A stretch of DNA of 64,000 nucleotides, taken from contig OZ336884.1 in NCBI GenBank assembly GCA_965287045.1, positions 16,306,001 through 16,370,000 on the forward strand. Reading direction: 5' to 3'. Origin of the DNA: Carcharhinus amblyrhynchos. Lineage: Eukaryota. How positions within the stretch are numbered: position 1 is the first letter of the stretch; each line of letters starts with the position of its first letter. Both the position numbers and the translations under genes were made by a program. Below, piece by piece: positions 12,010 through 23,108 of the stretch. The notes beneath the pieces are model-generated. The model did not search any database and had not been told where the DNA came from. It saw only the letters and a list, made by a program, of their open reading frames with translations.

Positions 12010-14300
12010 ACTTGTGTTAATCTTGTGAAACTTCCCTGAGCTCCTTCTAATGCATTTGATCCTTCCTTGAGGGCCAAACTGCAGAGTACTCCAGTCTCTA
12101 ATGCCCTATACAGTATCAACAGCTTCCCATCTGCCAAATGCTGGCCCACTTATCTAACCTATCATATCAATTTATTACAATTCGTTTTCCCACCTATTTT
12201 GGTGTCATCTGCAAAATTTGGCTTTAGTACATTCTATCTCTGCATTCTAGTCACTAATATAGATTGTAAATAGTTGGGGCTTAAGAACTGAACCCTCTGG
12301 CACATCACTAATTGCAGCTTGCCTACCAATTTAAAAAAAAAAATTATACCCATTCCATTTTAGCCAATCCTCTATTCACTAATTTATTTACCCCCTTCCC
12401 CCAAAACCCCATGGGATCTTGCCTTGTGTATAACTTATGTGGCACCTCTATCAAATGCTTTCAGGAAGTCCTGAATACAGTGGTGATTCTTAGCCCACTG
12501 TGCTGTTTTAGTAGTACAGTGGGCCAGAAGATTTGCATGGAGGCCAGTTAGTGGGCTCCCTCCTAGATGCTATGTCCAAAAATCTGCACAAACTGTATAA
12601 CTTGTGTAGGAAGCAATTTAAAATGATTTGCAGCTGATTAGCAGTCCCAGGACTGAGTGTCTCAGCTTGCTAGCCTCCTACAGAGCCACCCCTGCCCCAA
12701 AGTGATTGAGAGACCAGCAGTGTGGGGCTACTGCATGTGCTGACAGATCGATGCATGCATGGGGCCCACTTAGCACTATGCTGCCAGTGCCTCCAACAGG
12801 ACTAGGCCCTGCTGACTGATTTATGCTAGTGCACTCTGCGGTGTATTGGAGATTCATTTGAAACTCCCACTGAAGAAAAATCAGCTGCAGTTTTATGCAA
12901 ATCAACACTTAGAATTTTTTTTCAGGAGAATCACCCCCACTATTTCTACAGAATACCCATTATCCACTTTGCCTCTTATTTTTGAAGAACTCCAGCAAAT
13001 TAGTCAAACGTGATTTACTCTTTATAAAACCATGCTGACTCAAATTCCAAGCATCCTGTTATTACTAAATAATGGACCAAACAATTTTCCAATGACAGAT
13101 TAACTAATTGGTCTATAGGTCCTATTTTCTGCCTTTTCTGTATTTGAACAGGGGCATTATATTAACCTTTTCCAATCCACTGGAATCCAGGCAATTTTGG
13201 AATATTATAACCAATGTTTCTGTTATCTCTCCTGCCACTTCTTTTAAGATCCTAGGATGTAGGCCATCAGGCCCTGGGGACTTGTCTGCCTTTAGTCCCA
13301 ATACTTTGCTCTCTACTTTTCCCCAGAGATGTTTTAAATTCCTCCTTTGCAACAGCCTCTGCATTACCTGTTACTATTGGGATGGTTCTAAGTGTCCTCT
13401 CTCATGTAGATGAGGCACTATTGATTTGCTGTCCCCATAATTGGCCTGGTCATCCAATGGACTAACAAATGACTTTATTCAACTCCTTTTTTATATACTT
13501 GTTGAACCTTTTGCTATCTACTTATATTTTGTGCTAGATTTCTTTCAGAATTTATCTTTGTTACTTTCTTAGTTACCCTTTTAGTCACATTTCCCAATCC
13601 TCCAGCCTGCCATTTAACTTTGCAATGTAGTATGCCTTACTTTGCTTTTCTTAGCTGTAGCTGAGCAAGGAGGTTAAAGATGTATTTTCCCTCTACCTCA
13701 ATCCTCCCTCCTTGCTCTCTGGAATATACTTTAGTTGGAAAGAGTGGAATATTTCAAATGTCTGCCACTGTTCATCAATTGTCCTACCTTTTTTAATCTT
13801 TCAGACATGAGGACAGATTGACAATGTAATTACCTTAGTTTAACACCAGAACACTCTTTTGTTGGGTTTATGTTTATTGCCCTCAAACTGAATTTGAAAT
13901 TCAGTTGGGCTATGATCACTCTTCTGCTATATTATATCCAAAATATCCTGCTTGCTGCTGGTTTGACAACCTATTGCCCTGAGAAACAATCTTTAATACA
14001 ATCTGTGAACTCTTCCTTGAGGCCACCCTTACCAATTTAATCCAGTCTATATACATCACCCATGGTTATTATTGTACTTCTTTTTAAAAACAATACCCCA
14101 ATATTTCCTCACTTAGACCTATCAGTTAATCCCACCTGGGTCCTCTTTCCCTTGCTATTTATTTCTATCCAAACCAATTCCATGTTGTGATCTCCTCCTG
14201 TGCCAGTATTGCTAAGTACTTTTTACTAACAAAGCTACACAACTTTATCTCCTTTTCTGTCTATTTTTTCCAAAAAGTTGTGAAGATTCTAACCTGTTGA
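12010..14300 (-). mobile_element. Old fragmented CR1 ORF2, interrupted around 12480-12950
   Basis: Minus-strand ORF 13122-13364 contains LKADKSPGPDGLHPRILKEVAGEI, a CR1 ORF2 motif. Confidence 0.7.
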
Positions 14301-15606
14301 TCCAGGCAGCCATTGTTAAAATGATTGAACAGTTACTGCAAACACAATTTCTGCAGGACCCCACAAAGATCAGCAAGCATGAGGAAAACCCTTGGTGTGG
14401 AAGTACAGGGCAGCGCCATCTTGTATTTTAAATCTCTTTTTAAAGCTGTGCAATTTTAACCATGGTTCAGAAATCCACTCTTTGAGATCAGTTTTGACTT
14501 GTCCAAGGCTCAGGTCAATATCAAAACTGGGGACTCTGGAGAAATGGATTCCTTGGATACATTGCTTCAGGTCATGATAGAACTAAACTGAACAAGTTAA
14601 CACGCTCCAATACCAGATTGGTTCCTGATCAGCTTTCAATTTAAAAATATATATTAATAGCAAGACTACAGAGCAGATGTTGAAACACCAAGCCATTGCC
14701 ACAAATGAGTAGCAACCATCCATTGACAAGACCACACAAGTGAGTTTATCAACAAGTCATGCCCTCATAACAGGAAGAGCCATCTTTCATCCCAGTGTTT
14801 GTCCTGACTAGCTGTACAAAGAAAAAGAGAAGATTATGGAGCCCAGAATTCACTCACCCTGTAAAGGACAGGATAAACCATTTGTCTCTACAACAGGGGA
14901 ATTGACAGATTATTTCAATTCTAAAGAAGGCAAAAATGGCTATTTTCTTTAAAAAAAAGCTTAAACAACAGTGACAGCCTACCGCTCCCAGCTGTTGTGA
15001 AAACACAATCTGGAAGGATTTTTAAGACCTCTGAGCTCCTGAGAATGGGGGTACTAAATGACAAATACCAGAGGTAAACTGGGATAGCTTGTAAATACAT
15101 TGCATAAAGACTTGGAATAAGAGCCTTTAGAATAGGGTCTGGCACTGACAACAGTATTGCCTGTAGTGATGTAAGACACATGGCCCACACATAGGGGTCA
15201 GGTGTGTAGAAGCAAACATGGAAAAGTGCCTAGTTGTATACAGGTAATGCTTACATACCTAAGATTATGAACACCTTAAGACCTACTGAGCTATACATGG
15301 CAGATTATTACAATTTCCACCTTTATGTGCTGTGTGCTTTAGCTGATTTTTGCTGTAAAAGCTGTGTATTTTTTAAATTTAAGAAACACCAGTTTTGCAT
15401 GCAGTAGATGTCACTTTCCATTTCTTTGGGCATTTCATGCAGTTACATTTACTCAAAGTTTCAATTTTACTTGAGCTAATTGTTCCCAAATACAATCCTG
15501 ATTAATCCATGGAAATGTTAATAGTATACTTGTTAGCAATGGAAAATACTATAACATTTTACATCCAAACTGAACTTTTAATGAAATGATTTTTTTTCCT
15601 CCTTAG

Positions 15607-15789
<183 letters not shown>

Positions 15790-16019
15790 TAATACTTCAC
15801 TCCTGACTTTTAATAGCATTAGTTTTTGACCTTGATGGCAGTGGATTTATCATCTTTGGGAAGAAATCAGAATTGATTTGGGTAGCTATATTTGAATATC
15901 TACTCCCCTTCAAGGGGAAATAACTAAGTGGGATGATGGCACCTTTTTTCTTAATGGCTTTTCATTAGTTCTAGAATTATGTCAAAACAATTTTTAGTCA
16001 ATACTCAAATGGACACCAA

Positions 16020-16520
16020 TCAGGTCAAAGGTTAGGAATCCTGTGGTGAATAACTCACCACCTGTCTCCTAGAACCTGTCCATCTCCCCATTTGGATGCA
16101 TTAGTGCAGCTCCAACAACACTCTAAGCTCAACTCAACACCATCCAGCCTGCTTGATTGCTACTCCCACAAACATTCAATGCCTCCACCACTGAGCAGTG
16201 GCAGCTGTGTATCATCTACAACATGCACTCTAGGGACTCACCAAGGTTCCTTAAGCAGCACTTTCCAAACTCCCTACTAATCAAAAGGACATGAACAATA
16301 GATGCCTGGAGGTTTCTTCCAAATCACTCACCATCCTGTCTCTGAAGTATATTGCAGTTCTTTCATGATCATTGGGTCAGAATCTTGGAACTCCCTTCCT
16401 GACAGTACTGTGTGTACCTAAACCTCCAGGATGGCAGTAGTTCAAGAAAACATCACCACTTCTGACGGGCAATAATTGCTAGCCTAGCCAATAATACTCA
16501 TGTCCCATAAATGAATTTAA
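16020..16520 (+). mobile_element. L2-like LINE 3' fragment
   Basis: Similar to 6500-7030 and 63070-63630. Confidence 0.55.
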
Positions 16521-16966
16521 AGATAATCAACTTTTATTCACTTTTTTAAACTTGAAGTTCTTCAGCCCAAAGTGAGAATGTGTGCACAGGTGTTTGAGAA
16601 ATGAGATGACTATTTGAAGCTCTCATAGATATTCAAAATGTACACAACTTGTGTCCTTTTGCTAGATCTTTAAATTGTTTCAATAATATTTTGGTCAGTC
16701 TGCATCATTATAAAATGAACTACAAACATGCTAAATTTATATCCCTCAGCCACATAGAATTTGAATTCCATTGTGCATGAATTAAGATTTTTGGAAGCTA
16801 CTCTAAATTTGCCAGAAATGGATAGAATGCAGAATTACAACATTAGTGCAGTAATTAGACTTGGATAAATTGCCATTTTGCTGATCATTTAAGTATGTTC
16901 TGAAGCTCTGCCACTTGTGTTTATGGTTTCAAGTCATCAGAAGTTCAATGCCTGAAAAGTGAATAA

Positions 16967-17092
<126 letters not shown>

Positions 17093-17281
17093 TAAGCATT
17101 TTGTTATCATCCCTTTTTAAATCTAAGCTGCTTTAGCCATCCCTCAATTTTGCTTAAATTAGTGAAATCAGTTTAGTTTTTCTTAAAATATTAAATTATT
17201 TCACATTGGATTAGAATATTAAAACTTGTTGAAGAAATGACTGTTCCATAATTATCTAAATCTGGAAGATTGTCCCTGTGA

Positions 17282-17461
<180 letters not shown>

Positions 17462-19910
17462 AACACCATCCTGTGGTGACAAGCACCAGAACAAATGGAC
17501 TACAGACTCCAAAACTGAACCTTAAACTGCCATTTTCTGAAGCATCATTTGTCCAAATAGAATGCTTGCTTCTGTGTTTAATGGCTATGTCATAATGTCA
17601 CATTTCAAATTATTTAATCTCAATTGCTTTCACCAACATAAACAGCTGACAAAAAAGCATGTTCTAAGATTTTACCTGTTGACTGTGGAAATGATGTGGG
17701 AACAAAGTGGATCTTTTCTTTGACCATTCAAATTCAAATATGCTTTTTCACTATCTCATGATGTGTAATCTGTAACTTTTGGGATTTCCAAATGGCTCCA
17801 TTTTGTTAATGAAATTTAATAGAAAAATCAGTCTGCAGTCAGTTGTTCAGACTGTTTGACAATGGGGGGGATTGCTGAGTTGCTAAATGCCTGAATAGTG
17901 TTCTGCTTTTTGAGTCACAAGGTAATGGGCACAGTTAAAGTGATGACTGAAATATCTAACCTTCATCATCTTTTAGAATTTATCAATGTTTATGCCCATG
18001 TATTTTTACAAATTTGGTCCAGGTTTTTCTAGACTTCTCATTTTCCTTTTTATCAAGAACTTCTGAGCATGGTCTTCATAATTTAGCTCCCAATGACCCT
18101 TAAATATCCTACTGTCGTATCTTATACACAAAGGTGTTCACTAATATTTTCAGTTTGTCTCATCCTAAAGAGAGATGCATGTGTGCGCACACACACACTT
18201 ATTATTTATCATGCTTTTGCATTATACACTTTTTTCTACATTTTTTGGCTAATTTATCTACCTGATTTTAAAAAGTGGCTACAATGCTTAAATTCCAAGC
18301 TATTTCACAAATCAAAAGGATAGAGGCACTTATTCTCATGAGGGCTAGTTCACAAACTTGATCTGGAAACATTTTTAATTTGACCCATTGCATTTCCTTC
18401 AAGGAGGCCACACCTCACGAAATTGTGACCAATTAACCATTTATCAGGGAAAAGAATCACTTGAACCTACCAGTGGAATGTGTAAGAAGCTGTGCTTTTT
18501 TTGTATTTATTCCAAGTTGTCATAGAATTGCGAAATTTGATATTTGGTACACTTCAGTACTTCAGTTGTACTGTTGCTAGCCTATACTTGACTTGTTGGA
18601 CCAGTTTTGATATGAATTGAGTATTCAAGTGCTTAACTATAATTTAAACCACAGAATTGCCTTGTCTAACCAAAACAAATTAAATTGACTATAGACCCTC
18701 CCAGGCTTTGGGTTTTCATTCTGAACTTGGGTTTTGAGGTTTTTTTTTAAACACTTGAATCAGATCAGCAAATTGTGAATTCAAGTGCACGTGCCTGTGG
18801 TTTCTTCAAATGTTAAACCATAACCAAAGTTATCTTGTACTTGTTTTTACAGAGCCCTCCACTTCATGCCTGTTATAAATTAAGTCCATGTCTCCAGGAT
18901 GTTCCATGAATTAGTAAACATTTCAAACTATTTTGAATTTCCTCCATTTTAAAACTATCCAGAACAGGAACATTTCAGTTTGTGGCAAAATATTGCACAC
19001 TAAAACTATCATGATGATGTTTCAGCCTTGAGGATGGGGCACATGTAATGCAAAAACAGCCTCAATTGTTGCCTCAGTTGAATTAAGAGCTGTGAACTTC
19101 TAACTTCCTAATGGGCACAGATGCTCTGGGACAAATGGCAGTCTGAAAGAACCCCCTGACTGAGTAGGTGATTCCCAACAATTAATTGCCTATGTTGCAG
19201 TTTGATATTTTAGTTCTGCTCCCTGGAAGTCTAGGAAATTGAGTGATTAACTTGTTTTAGAATTTGAATGGGATTGACTTGATTTACTCTAGAGCAGTCA
19301 TGATGGGCTGCATAGCTTCCTCTTCTGCCACAATGATGCTATGACTCCTTGACTTCATTCCCAAGCTCCATGTTTAGCTAAAGTAAGAAAATGGGGGAGA
19401 AATTACCATGACTACCTAGAAAGATGGTGAAATTGCATTCAGATATATTGAGTGCAAAATGGTGCATCTGCAAATGTATCACTTTGTGTAATAGCAGGGC
19501 ACTCATTTGGCTTTCTTTTCTCCAAGGTTGAGAAGGGGCACATTACCATGATTTATGCAAAATGTCATATCAAAAGGCATTTAATTCTATGCAATGGAGT
19601 TCTTTTCCAAACAGGTATACTTACCACAGCTAGCTTGCTTTGTTCTAAAATCTGTCTACCGTGATGGTGTTAGGAAGGGAGCAGGACAGTATGGGGGATG
19701 ATGAGGCGCACAGCATAAACATTTTGGTATGAGCGTGATTTTCCTCTATGCATTTTATATACCAGCAGGCTATCCAAAACACTATTCTCCTAGTTGGCCT
19801 TTTGTTATCCATCACCTAATATCTCAAACTAAAGAGTTTGAGTAGTAATTGAGTTCTGGGGCTTCTTTTAATTACAAGAATACTGTGTACGTTTGTTTGG
19901 GGCATCTTAA

Positions 19911-20132
19911 CCTGAACCGTGTGCAGATGGGCGTAGGGTTGACAGGATTAAGGAAGTGAATGGGTGGCTCAGGGATTGGTGTGGGAGGAATGGGTTTGAA
20001 TTTATGGGGCATTGGCACCAGTATTGGGGTAGGTGGGACCTGTTCGGGAGGGATGGGGTTGGTCTGAACCGTGCTGGGACCAGAGTGCTGGCGAATAGAG
20101 TAAAGAGGACTGTAGACAGGGCTTTAAACTAA
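19911..20132 (+). CDS. CR1 ORF1 C-terminal fragment (SGNH esterase-like)
   Basis: Reads PEPCADGRRVDRIKEVNGWLRDWCGRNGFEFMGHWHQYWGRWDLFGRDGVGLNRAGTRVLANRVKRTVDRALN*, a typical CR1 ORF1 ending. Confidence 0.8.
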   Translation, partial: PEPCADGRRVDRIKEVNGWLRDWCGRNGFEFMGHWHQYWGRWDLFGRDGVGLNRAGTRVLANRVKRTVDRALN

Positions 20133-23108
20133 TTGGGGGGGGGGGAGGGTGCGAGGGTAGGTGATGTTACGAGGTCTAAAGTTAAGGAGAGTGTAAATGT
20201 AAAGGAAGAGGCCGAGGATGTCCCAATAATAGAGGGAGTAGGGGGCATGGGTATAGTTGGTGGCGTTGCGGCAAATAGGGTCCAGGTGAAGGCTGGGATG
20301 AAAGCACTTTATCTGAATGCACGAAGCATTCGGAATAAAGTGGATGAGCTGATGGCGCAGATCGACACAAATGGATACGATCTGGTGGCCATTACAGAGA
20401 CGTGGCTGCAGGGTGACAGGGACTGGGAGCTGAATGTACAGGGCTATCAAGTGTTTAGGAAGGATAGACAGGAGGGAAAAGGGGGGGGCGTAGCTCTGCT
20501 GATTAAGGATAGCATCACGGTGGTAGCAAGGGATGATATTGGAGCCAAGGAGCAGAGGGTGGAATCGTTGTGGGTGGAGATTAGGAACAGCAAAGGGAGG
20601 AAGACGCTGGTGGGTGTCGTCTATATGCCCCCGAATAATGATCTGGAGATGGGGCGGGCTGTTAACGCGCAAGTAAGTGCGGCGTGCAGGAATGGGACGG
20701 CCGTAGTTATGGGGGATTTCAATCTGCATATTGATTGGTCGACCCATGTTGGACGTGGGGGGCTCGAGGAAGAGTTCTTGGAATGCTGCCGGGATAGTTT
20801 CCTCGAACAGTGTGTGTTGGAGCCGACGAGGGAGCGAGCTATCTTGGATCTGGTGCTATGTAATGAAGCGGGTAGAATTAGGGACCTTGTGGTGAAGGAT
20901 CCTCTTGGGGAGAGTGATCATTGTATGGTGGAGTTTCTGGTGCAGATGGAGGAGGAGAAAGTGGGTTCCCGGACACGCGTCCTTTGTTTGAATAGAGGGA
21001 AATACGGTAGGATGAGAGAAGAATTGGCGAATGTGGACTGGGAGAGCGCGTTGGAGGGAGGGTCTGTTAAGGAGCAGTGGAGGATCTTTAAGGAGATCTT
21101 TCTTGGTGCTCAACGGAAATTTATTCCGATGGTCAAAAAGGATAGTAGGAGGAGAGGTAATAAGCCGTGGATAACAAAGGAGGTGAAGGAAAGTGTTAAA
21201 CTAAAAGCGGAGGAATTTAGAGTAGCTAAGAGTAGTGGGCGAGAAGAGGATTGGGAGAGGTTTAAATGTCAACAAAGATTGACAAAGAAGTTGATAAGGA
21301 AGGGTAGGAGAAACTATGAAGCTGGGCTCGCGCTTAATATAAAAAAGGATAGCAAGAGTTTTTATAAATATATAAAAAGGAAGAGGCTGGCTAGGGTGAA
21401 TGTTGGTCCTTTAGAGGATGAGAAAGGGGACCTAGTGGTAGGGGATGGGGATATGGCTAAGGTATTGAATAACTTTTTTGTTTCTGTCTTCACGGAGGAG
21501 GACGTGAATAATTTGCCGGGTGTTAGCGATAGAAAGGTGGTAGGACTGGAGGGTCTTAATGACATTACTGTTACTAGAAAGGCGGTGCTCGACAGACTGG
21601 AGGGGCTGATTGTGGACAAGTCCCCAGGACCGGATGGAATGCATCCGAGGGTTCTGAAAGAAATGGCGGAGGTGATAGTGGATGCCTTGGTGGTTATTTT
21701 CCAAACGTCGCTGGATTCCGGGGAAGTGCCGGATGATTGGAAAACGGCTAATGTTACGCCGTTGTTTAAGAAGGGTGCCAGGCAAAAGGCGGGGAATTAT
21801 AGGCCGGTTAGTTTAACATCTGTGGTAGGTAAAATGTTAGAATCTGTCATTAAGGAGGAAATTGCGAGGCATCTTGAAGGGAATTGCTTGATAGAGCAGA
21901 TGCAGCACGGTTTCATTAAAGGGAAGTCGTGTCTGACAAATTTACTGGAGTTCTATGAGGATGTGTCTAGGGCGGTGGATAGAGGAGAGCCGGTGGATGT
22001 GGTCTTTCTAGATTTTCAGAAAGCGTTTGACAAAGTGCCTCACAAGAGGTTATTGCAGAAGGTCGAGGGACATGGAGTTGGGGGTAGGGTGTTAGCGTGG
22101 ATAGAGGATTGGTTGTCAAATAGGAGACAGAGAGTGGGGGTCAACGGGTGCTATTCGGATTGGCGGATGGTGACTAGTGGAGTGCCCCAGGGGTCGGTGC
22201 TGGGGCCTCAGCTTTTTACCATTTATATAGATGATCTGGAGGAGGGAACCGAGTGTAGAGTGTCGAAATTTGCTGATGACACCAAGATTGGGGGAACGGC
22301 AAATTGTGCGGAGGGTGTGGAGAGTCTGCAGAAGGATCTAGATAGGCTGGGTGAATGGGCCAGGAAATGGCAAATGGAATTTAATGTTGGCAAGTGTGAG
22401 GTGGTCCACTTTGGTAGGAAAAATGGTAGGAAGGACTATTACTTACGAGGCGAAAAACTGCAGCAGGCGACGGTACAGAGGGACCTCGGGGTCCTTGTGC
22501 ATGAGTCGCAAAAACCCAGCTTGCAGGTGCAGCAGGTGGTCAGGAAGGCGAATGGGATGCTGGCCTTCATAGCGAAGGGGATTGAATATAAAAGTAGGGA
22601 GGTCTTGCTGCAGCTGTATAGGGCATTGGTGAGGCCGCAACTGGAGTACTGTGTGCATTTTTGGGCGCCGCACCTGCGCAAAGATATTTTGGCCTTGGAG
22701 GGAGTGCAGAGGAGGTTTACTAGGCTGATACCGGAGTTGAGGGGGTTGAGCTATGAGGAGAGGCTGAATAAACTGGGCTTGTACTCGTTGGAGTTTAGAA
22801 GAATGAGAGGAGATCTCATTGAGACGTATAAGATGATGAATGGGATGGATAGGATAGAGGTGGAAAGACTCTTCCCGCTCAAAAAAGACAATAGGACTAG
22901 GGGGCACAGCCTCAAGATAAAAGGGGGACGGTTTAGAACGGAGTTGAGGAGGAACTTCTTCACTCAAAGGGTGGTGAATCTCTGGAATTCTCTGCCCGTT
23001 GAAGTGGTGGAGGCTGCCTCGCTAAATATTTTTAAGACGCGGGTTGATGGGTTTTTGATAGGAGAGGGGATTAAGGGTTATGGGGAGAGGGCGGGAAAGT
23101 GGAACTGA
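20133..23108 (+). CDS. CR1 ORF2: APE endonuclease plus reverse transcriptase (family A)
   Basis: 991 codons without a stop. Endonuclease motifs NARS, ITETW, GDFN, SDH; RT motifs KSPGPDG, NYRPVSL, GVPQGSVLGP, FADD. First ATG at 20247. Confidence 0.95.
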   Translation: MGGGEGARVGDVTRSKVKESVNVKEEAEDVPIIEGVGGMGIVGGVAANRVQVKAGMKALYLNARSIRNKVDELMAQIDTNGYDLVAITETWLQGDRDWELNVQGYQVFRKDRQEGKGGGVALLIKDSITVVARDDIGAKEQRVESLWVEIRNSKGRKTLVGVVYMPPNNDLEMGRAVNAQVSAACRNGTAVVMGDFNLHIDWSTHVGRGGLEEEFLECCRDSFLEQCVLEPTRERAILDLVLCNEAGRIRDLVVKDPLGESDHCMVEFLVQMEEEKVGSRTRVLCLNRGKYGRMREELANVDWESALEGGSVKEQWRIFKEIFLGAQRKFIPMVKKDSRRRGNKPWITKEVKESVKLKAEEFRVAKSSGREEDWERFKCQQRLTKKLIRKGRRNYEAGLALNIKKDSKSFYKYIKRKRLARVNVGPLEDEKGDLVVGDGDMAKVLNNFFVSVFTEEDVNNLPGVSDRKVVGLEGLNDITVTRKAVLDRLEGLIVDKSPGPDGMHPRVLKEMAEVIVDALVVIFQTSLDSGEVPDDWKTANVTPLFKKGARQKAGNYRPVSLTSVVGKMLESVIKEEIARHLEGNCLIEQMQHGFIKGKSCLTNLLEFYEDVSRAVDRGEPVDVVFLDFQKAFDKVPHKRLLQKVEGHGVGGRVLAWIEDWLSNRRQRVGVNGCYSDWRMVTSGVPQGSVLGPQLFTIYIDDLEEGTECRVSKFADDTKIGGTANCAEGVESLQKDLDRLGEWARKWQMEFNVGKCEVVHFGRKNGRKDYYLRGEKLQQATVQRDLGVLVHESQKPSLQVQQVVRKANGMLAFIAKGIEYKSREVLLQLYRALVRPQLEYCVHFWAPHLRKDILALEGVQRRFTRLIPELRGLSYEERLNKLGLYSLEFRRMRGDLIETYKMMNGMDRIEVERLFPLKKDNRTRGHSLKIKGGRFRTELRRNFFTQRVVNLWNSLPVEVVEAASLNIFKTRVDGFLIGEGIKGYGERAGKWN

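Noticed and set aside
12520-12920. GC-richer inserts here and at ~27000-27450, 51180-51420 and 53390-53660 resembling MITEs
   Set aside because: Terminal inverted repeats and TSDs could not be defined reliably.
20124-22967. Long antisense ORFs over CR1 family A (e.g. 207 aa and 174 aa), and likewise over family B
   Set aside because: Shadow ORFs caused by sense-strand coding and G skew; no recognisable motifs.
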